Both the position numbers and the translations under genes were made by a program. From the human T2T-CHM13v2.0 reference genome, Homo sapiens, in the NCBI RefSeq assembly GCF_009914755.1, contig NC_060934.1: a DNA stretch of 64,000 nucleotides; one strand, 5' to 3'. This document shows positions 52,601 through 64,000 of this stretch, piece after piece. Under the pieces are notes generated by a model. That model did no database searches. It was given only the letters and a program-made list of their open reading frames with translations, and was not told the DNA's origin. Position 1 is the first letter of the stretch. The number at the start of each line of letters is the position of its first letter.

Positions 52601-55600
52601 TATATAAATATACATGTATATATGTTTATATTGATATATAAATATACATGTATATATGTTTATATTGATATATAAATATACATGTATATATGTTTATATT
52701 GATATATAAATATACATGTATATATGTTTATATTGATATATAAATATACATGTATATATGTTTATATTGATATATAAATACACATGTATATATGTTTATA
52801 TTGATATATAAATACACATGTATATATGTTTATATTGATATATAAATACACATGTATATATGTTTATATTGATATATAAATATACATGTATATATGTTTA
52901 TATTGATATATAAATATACATGTATATATGTTTATATTGATATATATGCATATATGTTTATATTGATATATAAGCATATATGCATATGTGTTTATATATT
53001 GATATATAAACACATATGCATATGTGTTTATATTGATATATAAACATATATGCATATGTGTTCATATATCAATATAAACACATGCATATATGTTTATATT
53101 GATATATATAAGCATGCATGCATGTATGTTTATATTGATATATATAAGCATACATGCATGTATGTTTATATTGATATATATAAGCATACATGCATGTATG
53201 TTTATATTGACATATAAACATATATGCATGTATGTTGATATTGATATATATAAGCATACATGCATGTATGTTTATATTGATATATAAACATATATGCATG
53301 TATGTTTATATTGATATATAAACATATGCATGTATGTTTATATTGATATATAAACATATGCATGTATGTTTATATTGATATATAAACATATGCATGTATG
53401 TTTATATTGATATATAAACATATGCATGTATGTTTATATTGATATATAAATATATATGTGTATATATATTCAAAATTGATTTTTTGCATATTGATCTTTT
53501 ATCCTGCAAGCTTACTAAACTCATTTATTAGTTGTAGTAATGTTTAGGTAGGTTTCATCACATTTTCTGCTCAGATCATTATGTCTTCTGCAAATAAAGA
53601 CAGTTTTACTTCTTTGCAATCTGGATGACTTTTATATCATATATTGACATATTACACTTGTTAGAAATTCCAATAAATGTTGAATAGAAGCCGGGAGAGT
53701 ACACATTCTTGTTCTCATTCCTGTTCTTGGAGGGAGAATATTCAGTCTTTCGACCACTAAGTATAATGTTAGCTGTAGGTTTTCAGCAAATGCTTTTGAA
53801 CAGCGTGAGGAAGTTCCCTTTTATTCCTAGTTTAAGGAGAATTGAATGTTTATGGAGAAAGAAACAGGAATGCTGTATAATTTTGTCAAATGCTGATTCT
53901 GCATGTGTTGTGATCATCAAATGATCTTTGTTTTGGGTTTATTTGTCTGGTGAATTATGATTGCTTTTTTAATGTTACATAAAAAACCTTACATAATAGA
54001 CATGATGTATTACCCCTTTCAATATATTATTGGATTCAATTTGCTGAAATTTGTTTAGAATGTTTACATCCATGTTAACAACAGTATTAGTTTGCAGTTC
54101 TCTTTTTTCATAATGTCTTTGTTTAGTTTAGCTATCAGGGTAAGACTGGTCTCATAGAATGAGTTGGGAAGCATTCCCTCATTTTCAATTTTCTGGAAGA
54201 CTTTGTTTACCATTGTTGTTATTAATTTCTTTAATGTAGAATTCTCCAGTGAAGCCACCTGGGCCTGGAGTTTTCTTTGTGGGAAGATTTTTACCTACAA
54301 ATTCAATTTAGACATAGGGCTACTTAGGTTATCTATTTCTTTGTGAGTGGGTTTTGATAGTTTGTATCTTTCAAGGAATTTGTTTCTTTTGTCTAAGCTG
54401 TTGAATTTATTGACATAAAATTGTTCATAAAATCTCCTTATTATTCTTTTAACATCTGTAGATTTTGTAGTGATATCACCCAACTCTCTCATTTCTAATA
54501 CTGGTAATTTGTGTTTTCTACTTTTTTCTTGATCAGCATAGCTAGAGATTTTTCAATCTTATTGACACCTTCAAATAACTAATTTTTTGGTTCATTAATT
54601 TTCTCTACTGTTTTTCTGGTTTTTATTCTATTAGTTTCTGCTCTGATCTTTATGATTTCTTACTTCTTCTTACTGTGTGTTTTATTTGCTCTTTTTTGCT
54701 ACTTTTCCAAGGTGAAAAATTAGGTCATTTATTTGCGATGATTCTTCTTTTTTCACGTATGCATTTAATGATAACTGTATCTCTAGTACTATTTAACAGC
54801 ATCTCACAAAGTTTGATATGTTGTATTTAGATTTTCATTCAGTTGAAACTATTTTCTAATTTCCCTTTTTGATTTCTTTTTGACCAGGGGTTTATTTAGA
54901 AGTATGTTATTTCTAAATATTTGGTGATTTGCCAAATATTTTTCTGTCATTGTTTTCTAATTTAATTTCATTTTGGTCAAATAATATACTTTGTGTCGAC
55001 TTGAATTCTTTTAGATTTTTTGAGCACTTTCTGTGGCCCAAAATATAGTCCTTGGTAAATATAATTTATGTCCTTAAAAAATAATGTGTATTATGCTGTT
55101 GTTAGGTGGTGTGTTCCATAAATGCCAATTAAATCAAGTTGGTTGATAATATTTAGATATTCTATATTATACTCTTATTGATTGTCTGTCTACTTCTTTG
55201 ACCAATTAATAATAGAGGTGTATTCAAATCTGTGGCTATCATTTTGGATTTTTAAATGTCTCTTTCCAGTACCATCAGTTTTGCTCATATAATTTGAAGC
55301 TCTGTTATTGAGTACATAAATATTTAGAGTCATTATGTCCCTTAGTAAACTAACCCTTTTAAAATTATAAAATGGCCTTCATTATTTCTGGTAATATTCT
55401 TTGATCTGAAATCTACCTTGTCTAATATTAATATAGCCACTTTAACGTTCTTTTGTTTAGTGTGGCATGGTATATATTGTCCATCCTTTTACTTTTAACC
55501 TGTTTGTGTCTTTATGTATAAAGTGTGCTTCTTATAGGCAGCATACCCCATCTTATCATTTCCGCTTTTAGTTAAGGTGTTTCCATCACTTACATTTAAT

Positions 55601-57670
55601 GTGCTTATTGATATAGTTATGTTTAAGTCTATCATCTCACTATTTGTTTTCTATTTATCCCTTCAGTTATTTGCTCCCTTTTCCTCTCTTTTTTTCTGTC
55701 TTCTCTTGGATTAATTGAATATTTTTTGTTATTCAATTTTTATGTCCTTTGTTGATTTCTTAGCCATAACTCTTTGTTGTCATCTTCATGATTGGGTTTA
55801 TACTATACATATTTAATTTATTTAGGGTTTACAGTATATATATTTAATTTATTATACTATTCCTTCAAGTGATATTATATGACTTCACATAAGTTATAAG
55901 ATTTTTTTTTATTGGATGCTTCCGTTTCTCCCTTCTTAGGCCTTGGCTATTGCTACAAATTTTACTTTCACATATGTTACAAATCCATACTACATTGTAA
56001 CTATTTTTGTTTAAATAGTCAATGATTGTTTAAAAATATTTTAAAACCAGGAAAAAAAAATATTTAACTATGTAGATACCATAACCTCTTCTTTTCATTC
56101 CTTGATGAAAATCTATATTTTCTGAAAACTCTGAAGAAGTCTTTATTTTACCTTTGTCTGTGAAGGTATTTTTATGGTACAGAACTCTGGGTTCACAGAT
56201 TTGTTTTCCAGCTCTATAAACATGTTGCTCCACTGTCTTCTCACATTGTTTCTGACAAGAAATCTGTTAGAATCCATATCTTTATTCCTCTGTATGCAGC
56301 ATAATTTTATTTTTCCTGTGACTACTTTTGAGAATTTTTTACTTTTTAGAAAAGTTTTTAAAACAATTTTACTTTTGAGCAATGTGATTATGATGTGTCT
56401 GGGTGTGGTTTTCTTCATGTTTCATGTGCTTGTGTTTATGTCTAGCTTTTTGGCTCTCTGGATTTACAGTTTCCATGAAAACTTTTCAGACATTATTTCT
56501 TCAAATTTTTTTTTCTTTTCCCCATCCCTCCTGCTCTTTGAAAATTCTAGTTCTAGTTATATTAAGCCTCGAAAGTCCCACAGCTCACTAATGCTGTTTT
56601 CATTAAAATTTTTTTTCCTTCTGTGCTTCATCTTGAAAGTTTCTGTGGGTATATCTTCAAGTTCACTGATCTTTCCTTCTGCAAGTTCTAATCTTCTGTT
56701 AATCCCATACAATGTATTTGCCATCTCATACATTGTGGATTTTCTTTTTAGGACCTCAATTTGAGTATTTTAAAAATATCTTCCATGTATGTCTCTGCCT
56801 AATTTTTTAAACATATGGAATACATACAATAATTGGGTATTCTTGTTTGCTACTTGTAACATCTATGTCAGTCCAGGTTGCTTTTGATTGATTTTTTTTC
56901 ATTGCAGGTCATATTTTCCCATTTTTCTGCATACCTAGTTATTTCTACTTGAATGCCAGACAGTATAAGTTTCCTTATTGGGTGCTTGATATTTTTGTAT
57001 TCCTGTAAATATTTTTGAGCTGTTTTGTGACATAGTTCAGTTATTTGAAAACAGTTTGGACTGTTGGGTCTTACTTTTAAGATTTGTTATGTGGTAGCAG
57101 AGCTGTACTCAGCCTAAAGACATTAATTTCCCGCCACTATCAATGCACTATGAACTAATGCCGTATGAACCAGGAAGTTGTCCAGTGTGGCTGGTGGGAA
57201 CACACCACTTTCCAGATCCTGTGTTATGCTGGACGCTGTTGCCTCTAATCCTTTCAGTTGTTTTTTACCTGAGTTTGGATAGTTTCTTCACACACCTGCA
57301 ATGAGCAATCATCAGCTAAATACTTGCAGGGCGTCCTCGGCAGATTTCTGGAATTCTCCTTGTGTGCCTTCTCTCCTCCCTGGCACCCTGTCTTGTGAAC
57401 TCCAGCTCCTTTGGTCTCCCCAGATTCTCAGTTCCACCTCTTCAATCAGAGAGTCTGCCAGGTTGTCTGGTCCTGCACCATCACCTGGAAACTCACTCCA
57501 GGCAGTAAGCTGGGGCAATCCTAGGGTCACCTCGTTAATAAACTTGTCCCTCAGGGATCAGTGTTCTCCATTGTTTGATAATCAGTATCTCAAAAACTGT
57601 TTTGAAGATATTCTGTTGGCTTTTTCAGGAGAATAAAATAAATCTCTCTTATTCCAGTTTGATTGAAAGT
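49645..57670 (-). mobile_element. Long old L1M (3'UTR, ORF2, ORF1 and 5' remnants) interrupted by an AT-rich minisatellite
   Basis: ORF2 remnants 54064-54492 (NKVFQKIENEGMLPNSFYETSLTLIAK; GDITTKSTDVKRIIRRFYEQ) and ORF1 remnant 56143-56418 (KKTTPRHIIITLLKSK...RRQWSNMF). Confidence 0.88.
51331..53470. repeat. Compound AT-rich minisatellite/VNTR (34-bp, 27-bp, 34-bp and 32-36-bp sub-arrays)
   Basis: 17 x tatattgatacataaatatatacgtgtatatatt; 5 x 27-bp palindromic unit; 13 x tatattgatatataaata[t/c]acatgtatatatgtt; then degenerate units. Confidence 0.98.
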
Positions 57671-57974
57671 AAAAGGCCCTGCCCAATATCTTTTTATATA
57701 AGTACCTTCTGTGCATATATCTTCTAGAGTCAAGCTCTACTGCTTGTAAGTAAGAACCTGCGTGTTACATCCTGTTTGAATCCATCAGTCCCTCCAAAGG
57801 GCAGAATCAGACTTCACATATTTTCCTGTTTCAAAGGGTTCCCTTCTCTCCTGAGCTGCCCATTAAGATCCTGTCACCTGAGGCAGGTGCCTCCATCTGT
57901 CAGGTGATTTGCAGAGCATGGATACATGACTTTTGCTCTCTGCCCTCCCTCCAAGACTCCCTTAAGCTCACTAA

Positions 57975-58295
57975 CTATGCCTCATCCTTTAGGGCTCTGC
58001 TTAAATGCCAGCTCTTCGGGAAGCATCTTTCCCTGACCCTTAGATTGGATTGGGACTCCCCTGCTAAGTATTCTCACCGCTTTCTGTACCTACTTACATT
58101 TTTATTCCTTTCACTCTATTGTAATTACTTAGGCTTTAAAATCAGCATCCTCCACTCAATCATGAGCTTCAGAAGGACAGGGACTCCTCTGTCCTGTTCT
58201 TTGCTTTATCCTCTTTGTAGTGACGGGCCCATAGCGAGTACTTAGTAAATATTTGTTGAATAAGTGAATAAACAAATAAACCAATGAATCAATGA
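57975..58295 (+). mobile_element. L2 3' end remnant
   Basis: 'gctctgcttaaatgccagctcttcgggaagcatctttccctgacc...agtaaatatttgttgaataagtgaat'. Confidence 0.75.
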
Positions 58296-61200
58296 GTGTA
58301 CTTTACTTATAAGATGATAAACCAGGACCTTCTGGATGAATTGATTGATCAGGTGGCTCTTGCTTGATGATCTTTTATCTTAGTAATTTTAAAATGCAAA
58401 AGCACTATCAACTTAAGTTGAGAGGAAGTTGTGGTTCCCACTGCTGGGAGAAGAGGGCAGTTTACTCGCTGAGAGTGATTTCCTCAGACCACCACCCACA
58501 GGGAATAACCCTTGTTTCTCCAGAGGGGAAAGAACATAATGTTCAAACAAGTAAGACCTGGAAGGAAGCTTTAGAAAGCAGTGAGTTCAACTCTTTCTTC
58601 CACAAGGACGGAACAAGGAGGAGACCTGCTGAGGTTATGGAGCTGTTTGGTGGCAGAACCTGGACTGGAAACTTAATCTCCTGATTATTCCATGGTCTTT
58701 CCACCCCCTAACTTCCATATAGCCCCACACCAATTTGAAATAGAGCCTGGGGAAGTGGAGCCCCATAGATAATTTCTGGCTATAATAATGTCACTGATTT
58801 GTTGGACTTGCTTTTCTGCAAAAGAGAAATACAACAGCAAGCCATATCTTCCATACAGAAGAGCATTTTCTAATAAATCCATGCAACTGGAACTCTGAAA
58901 ACAATCACTTCTAGATCTTTTGGGTAAGGTCAAGTGTGGAACTCTGAAATATCCCAAAGGTTATATGTTGTTAATACTAATGGTCACGAACAAGTATACA
59001 TATAAGTATCTGTATATCTGTATGTAAGTATACATGTAAGTATATATAAGTATGAACAAGTATACATGTAAGTATCTGCAGGTACAAGCTGAAGCCAACC
59101 TATTTTAAAAATAGCAGTGAGCTTTATAATATTATATCCTGAACTCATTTCAACTGCGTGTGTAAATCACCACCTGTATCTGCAGAGAAAGTGTTTTAAC
59201 CCAGCCTGCTGCCCCCAACCAACATTATTTCCAGCTTTGAACTTATCCTGGGATTGCTTTTGCTAGCCAGCTACTCTGCAGCTAAAGTGCTATTGTTCCC
59301 TTTAATAATAGCCTAAGCAACTGTTCCTTTTTAATGCAAAGTCCTGGAACTTAACAAGTTGATTACAAGATAGTGACTCACTTTTTATCTCTTTCTGTGC
59401 CTCCACCCCACCTAGATCTTTCTGCTCCTGCAAATTTTAGTGAGTGGGTTACCTAGAACACCAGTCCAATAAAGGTTGGAGTAGAATACCAGACAAGAAA
59501 AGGATGAGCTCATTTCTCCTCTATGCTGTCAGTCTTTGAACACAGTGAGACCTATTGTGAGTCTTCCTGCTGGGGAGGGTCGTGTGGTGCCTCCCACACA
59601 CTGGCTGTGAACTTGTTCCCAACAAATGAGTCTGTGGGTTGGGAATGTCATCTATCTGAGCAGATATCTGCCCATATACTATCTCAGTACCAGCAAAACT
59701 CTGAGCCTAAAGGTGACACATGGCCAAGGGCTGCTCTGCTGTTAACCATGCACAATCGATGGCAGCAAAGGTTGAAGTGAGCATAATCTGCAACCTTTCC
59801 ATGGAAGTCTTAAACCTTTCTCACAGTGGTTCTGCCCATTGTCAGACAATTATATTGGAGAAAGGTTTTCATTTTCATAGCATGTTCAGATTTTGGAGGG
59901 AAATGCAAAGAGCAGTGAAGGAGGAAAGGCAAACCCTTCCTCCCAGGCTTCAACAGAGTCAACCCGGGAATCAATGAGATGACAGATGTTGGAGACAGAT
60001 GCCTGAATATCCACTCAATAGTCAGGCTTAATGAACTAACACAGGAAGAGCAATTAGAGAATTCATTAATTATACTCTAAGTTCACTTTCATTGTTAATT
60101 CTAATCCTTTATTTGGGCTAATGACTTCAGCTTTTCTTATAATAATTTGTGCCCGTCAGTGAATGATAACATCTTCAAATTTCCATAATTGTGTAAAATT
60201 CAAACTATATGTGTAGCTCTAAATTGGACCTAAAGTAGCTTCTAAGGGTACATAAGACACTTCAAGATAACATAAATGAGGAGAAAAACAAAAGTAAGAA
60301 CATAACATGGAGTAAACAATAAGGCTAATATAAAAATACAAACTACAAAGTCTTATACACTTGCTTCAGGTTCTATCTTATAAGCAGGAATAGCTCAGAT
60401 AGCTCAGCCAATATGTTCACCCATTAACAATGCACAGGCGTTTGTTTAGTCCTACAATTATATATGCACCACAGTAGATCCACTCTAACTCAACAGCTTG
60501 CTAATTGTTTGTCTTTGTTATTCTTGCATAACATGCTGTCCTGTATTCTTTAATCATCTATTACAAAAAAACAAACAAACAAAAAAAACAGAAATTCCTT
60601 CAGTGAATAAAACATAATGAAAAACGCATTTTTATTCCCTTTATGAACTCTGGCCAGCTTCTAAGAAAGGGTAATGAGATTTTGCACCGCTCAACTCTAA
60701 GTCTTACTCCTGAACCAATAAATATGCACTCATTTGCATACTCTCTTTCCATCCTTCTTGAGCAAGCCACACTGACACAAGAGCCTCCTTGCTAGGCACG
60801 GAAACTGTTTCAAGATGTTTCAAGCTGAGAAAGGGCCACCTGCATGCATTATGGTTAAGACTTTAAGTTATCTTACCACTCAAGTCTTCGTGAAAAAAGT
60901 TCAAAAGGTGTTCATCTGAATCATTCATGCTTTTGTTATCCATGACCTAAAGCAATATGGTAGCTTTTTTGTGTGGGGGCTGGTGGCGGGGCAGAGGTTG
61001 AACTTTTATTTTAAAAACATTTGTATGCTCCAATATTTCAATAATATATGGATTTTTATTATATTCTAAAGTTGTACTTGATATTACATATGGGCTAAGT
61101 TCTAACATGAAGTATTATAAAAATGATACAATTTATTTTAAAAATCTACCATTTTGATCAAAAAGAAGCCCATGTATGAAAATATAATTTCACAGAAATG

Positions 61201-61360
61201 TAAGATTTTTATCTTGTGCATTTTTGTTTGATTACATAAAGCAGGAAAAGATACAGCTTAATTTACTTCTAAGCTGATATACAATACCTAACTAAACTAG
61301 AAAACAATTACAGTAGCATAATTTTATTTGCATCTATGAGTATTATTTTTGTGATTTCAG

Positions 61361-61460
61361 AGCCAGAAAATGCATGACACAGGAGAAGATGTACCCTCAT
61401 CTGTTCAGTGAGAGATGTGCAAATCAACATCAACACAGAACTGCTGAAGAAAAAAAATAT
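61361..61460 (+). ncRNA. Candidate non-coding exon
   Basis: Acceptor 'tattatttttgtgatttcag|' and possible weak donor '|gtgtgt' around 100 nt of unique sequence; splice-signal evidence only. Confidence 0.3.
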
Positions 61461-62276
61461 GTGTGTGGATTATATATATACATATAAGTGTGTGTATATA
61501 TATATATATATATATATTTACATATATAGTATGGGCTATTTCACCTTTGCAAGCTGGGAGCCATTAAGTAATGGCTACCACCACTCCCCCACCCCCTTCA
61601 GTAAAACACATCCTGAACATTGGGCCCATGTTTTCAAGAAGAATGTGCCCCACTGCCCCTTGGAAACTCCATTTCATTTACTTGGTTCAGTTAGTTAATG
61701 ACGGTCCATTTTGACTCAAATATCCAGTTCCCTTTCATCAATCATGTCTTTCTGGACTGTCAGTTTTAGGGCAAGGATTACAAAGCCCTTCCATGCAGAT
61801 ATCCACAGAGAAAGACCCAGACCCACATCCCCATTTAGGATTGCTTAGGGACTCATTTCTTCCGCTTCCTTCCAAATGAAAAGAATGAGCTATGTGAAAG
61901 GGGAAAACCCCACTGGAAAATGAATGTTGGTGACTCAAGTGTTAATCTAGAAAGTCTTATGATTTGGTGCTGGAAAAGGGCATTGTAATAAGATGGTTCT
62001 TTATACCATGCAAACCAGGGGAATACAAAACACTGTCAACCATGAAAATAAGATTTAATTTGGAATCACAACACATAGGGTTTTTTCCACTTTAAATTCT
62101 TTTTATTCATTCATATTTGTTATAAATATTCAATAGAAATGCAGTTTTTCAAGACTGAAATGGTCTTTAATGAAGCAAGCCATGTGTGGCTTTTCAGGCG
62201 AGCATTTTCATGCTTGGTTAACTGTAAGGATGTTCATGTTCCTTTCCCAAAAAATATGATTTGTGATTCTGCTTAG

Positions 62277-62660
62277 GTCTCTGAAAAGCAACTTATTCAC
62301 TGGAGATGTGAGGAGCCATCCGCACATCACAATTCTATAGACATCAAACGCATGAAGCATTTCGGATCTGCTTTAAGACTGAGGCAGACTTTCCATCTGG
62401 ACACAGCCGACCATCCATGTGTCATTACAATGAATCCAGCACTTCCCTGGAAGCTGGAAGGGTCAAATTCAACTTCAACTCTGCCACTTCCTGCTTAACT
62501 TGCTGTTTAACCTTGGGCAAGCTGCCATCCCACACGAGGCCGAAGGTGTCGGTTTTTAAAATACAGAAATTTGGTTCCATGAGGGATTATCAATATACTG
62601 CTGGTGGGCCAAATTCCATCTGCTACTTGCCTTTGTAAATAAAGTTTTATTGAAACACAA
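62277..62660 (+). ncRNA. Candidate terminal non-coding exon
   Basis: Acceptor 'tttgtgattctgcttag|'; unique CpG-retaining sequence; downstream AATAAA at 62638-62643 inside MER58A. Confidence 0.28.
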
Positions 62661-62791
62661 ACATGCCCATTAGTTTACTCTTGTCTGTGACTACAAGGGC
62701 AAAGTTGAATAGTTGTTACAGAGACCATCAGGCTCACAAAGCCTAGGTTATTTACTATCTGCCCATTTACAGAGTAAGTTTGCCAGCCCTG
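62581..62791 (+). mobile_element. MER58A (hAT-Charlie), preceded by a MIR remnant (~62450-62580)
   Basis: 'gggccaaattcc...tttgtaaataaagttttattgaaacac...tttactatctgcccatttacagagtaagtttgccagccctg'. Confidence 0.85.
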
Positions 62792-64000
62792 GACTGGATA
62801 ATTTTTTGAGTTCTTTCTAATTCTAGAATTCTTTATATATTTTATGAAACCCCTAATGTTTATATATTAATTATTTCAATACCCGTGTCTTTACTGAGTC
62901 CCTCCTATGAAGCATACATCAAGACATATGTGTGATACATTAACTAAACTTTTAACAGTATCTTAAATAGGATTTCAATGACTAACAGCTCTTGGAAATA
63001 TCCAAGGTAACATTTGGGGGCAAATGTCTTATGATTTGATTATCATTGGTAAATAGAGCATATCTTTTTTTCCACTAACAATGTTTAAGAAGTTAAAAAA
63101 AAATCAAGAAAACCCCGTATGGCACTAGAGACTTATTGCATTAAGACATCATCTTAACAGATTGTTTAGTTTTGGTAATATAATTTGACATCTAAACATA
63201 AGCTGAGAGGGATCTCCCTCAAAACCTTTGATAATATGATTCATTGTCAAATGTTTGTTTTGCCTATCTGGCACTCATTAATTAATTCTTTTTAATATAG
63301 CTTGGATTTACTGATTTTGAAAAAGAGAATTATTCTTATTGATGTTGCTAAAATATCCAGGTGGCTTGAATTTCACCAACTAGATAGTTTAATCTAGCAC
63401 ATTTGTGTAGCCCTAATCAAATCTTTACTAACAGATGTGAGAAGCCCAGTACTGGAGCTAATGTTTGTGTCTCAATGATAATTAAATTAGCTTAATAAGG
63501 AAAATAAATGAACAATAATCACCAAAATTTTTCCCTAAACCTGTGTTATAGTCTTAAAAACATTTTTTCCCCTATGGAGGCTTTTGGTAATAAAACACAA
63601 ATTGAGGGATTTTAATTAAAAGAAATTTTTTTTTCAAGAACTGGTCATGTACTAAATTGCTTATAATCAAATAATCAAGTAGCATTTCTTTTATTATAAG
63701 AGCAAAACCTATAATTAAGCCAAAATTCAAATTTGTTTTTAAAGGTTGAATAATCTTTTGTTTTGGCCAATAGTATGTGGATTTTTTTTTTAAGTATTAT
63801 CTCTTTGTAGTATTTTCTAATGGATAGGAAATGCCTTTCTCAGGTTGAATGATTATTTCCACATAGAATTAGTTCCTGCTTACAACAGTGCTCCACTAAT
63901 GTAATGGCTCGGTGAATTGGCTTTATAATTCATTAATCATAGCTCACATTGAGCTTTTGGCTCCAGGTGACAGTGCCCACCACAGGCCAAATAACTTCTC

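Noticed and set aside
51421-52940. Regular 34-bp repeats resembling a CRISPR array; Y/I/N-rich ORFs
   Set aside because: Units are head-to-tail with no unique spacers, no cas genes, eukaryotic context; the ORFs are repeat translations
56174-56764. Longest ORF (196 aa, hydrophobic, F/S/L-rich)
   Set aside because: Antisense frame of the A-rich L1 ORF1 region; composition explained by the T-rich strand; no domain recognisable
58985-59080. Direct repeat gaacaagtatacat[a/g]taagtatctg around TA-rich filler (similar small duplications at 55794-55853, 31837-31862, 30250-30325)
   Set aside because: Low-complexity slippage duplications; nothing distinguishes them from common background
59370-61940. 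Several TGACTCA AP-1 motifs
   Set aside because: Several such heptamers are expected by chance in 64 kb of this composition; no supporting evidence from sequence alone

Overview
Primate (human-like) non-coding genomic DNA: AT-rich, CpG-depleted, no CpG island and no credible protein-coding gene. The supplied ORFs that I could assign are Alu, LINE-1, DNA-transposon or simple-repeat translations; the rest look like chance frames. Much of the window is interspersed repeat: at least 8 Alus plus a fossil Alu monomer, several LINE-1s (a 3.35 kb 5'-truncated copy with a 15-bp TSD, a nested + strand old L1 at ~30.3-35.1 kb, a ~8 kb minus-strand old L1 at ~49.6-57.7 kb), LTRs (MER34/39-like, MLT2, MLT1, THE1), hAT and Tigger DNA-transposon fossils, and L2/MIR remnants. 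Two things are not explained by ordinary repeat annotation. (1) At least four insertions appear copied from a donor 0.9-2.7 kb away, including a ~350-bp inverted duplication flanked by a 35-bp direct repeat and a poly(A)-tailed MER1B/MER41-like chimera; several smaller snap-back scars also occur. (2) A 2.1 kb AT-rich compound minisatellite inside an L1 carries 17 tandem TACGTG (HIF-element core) units and a run of perfect palindromes. Two possible lncRNA exons lie at ~61.4-62.7 kb. I cannot identify the locus from sequence alone. Repeat family names come from recalled consensus sequences and boundaries are approximate unless a TSD is given. I found no support for a new gene-encoded system.
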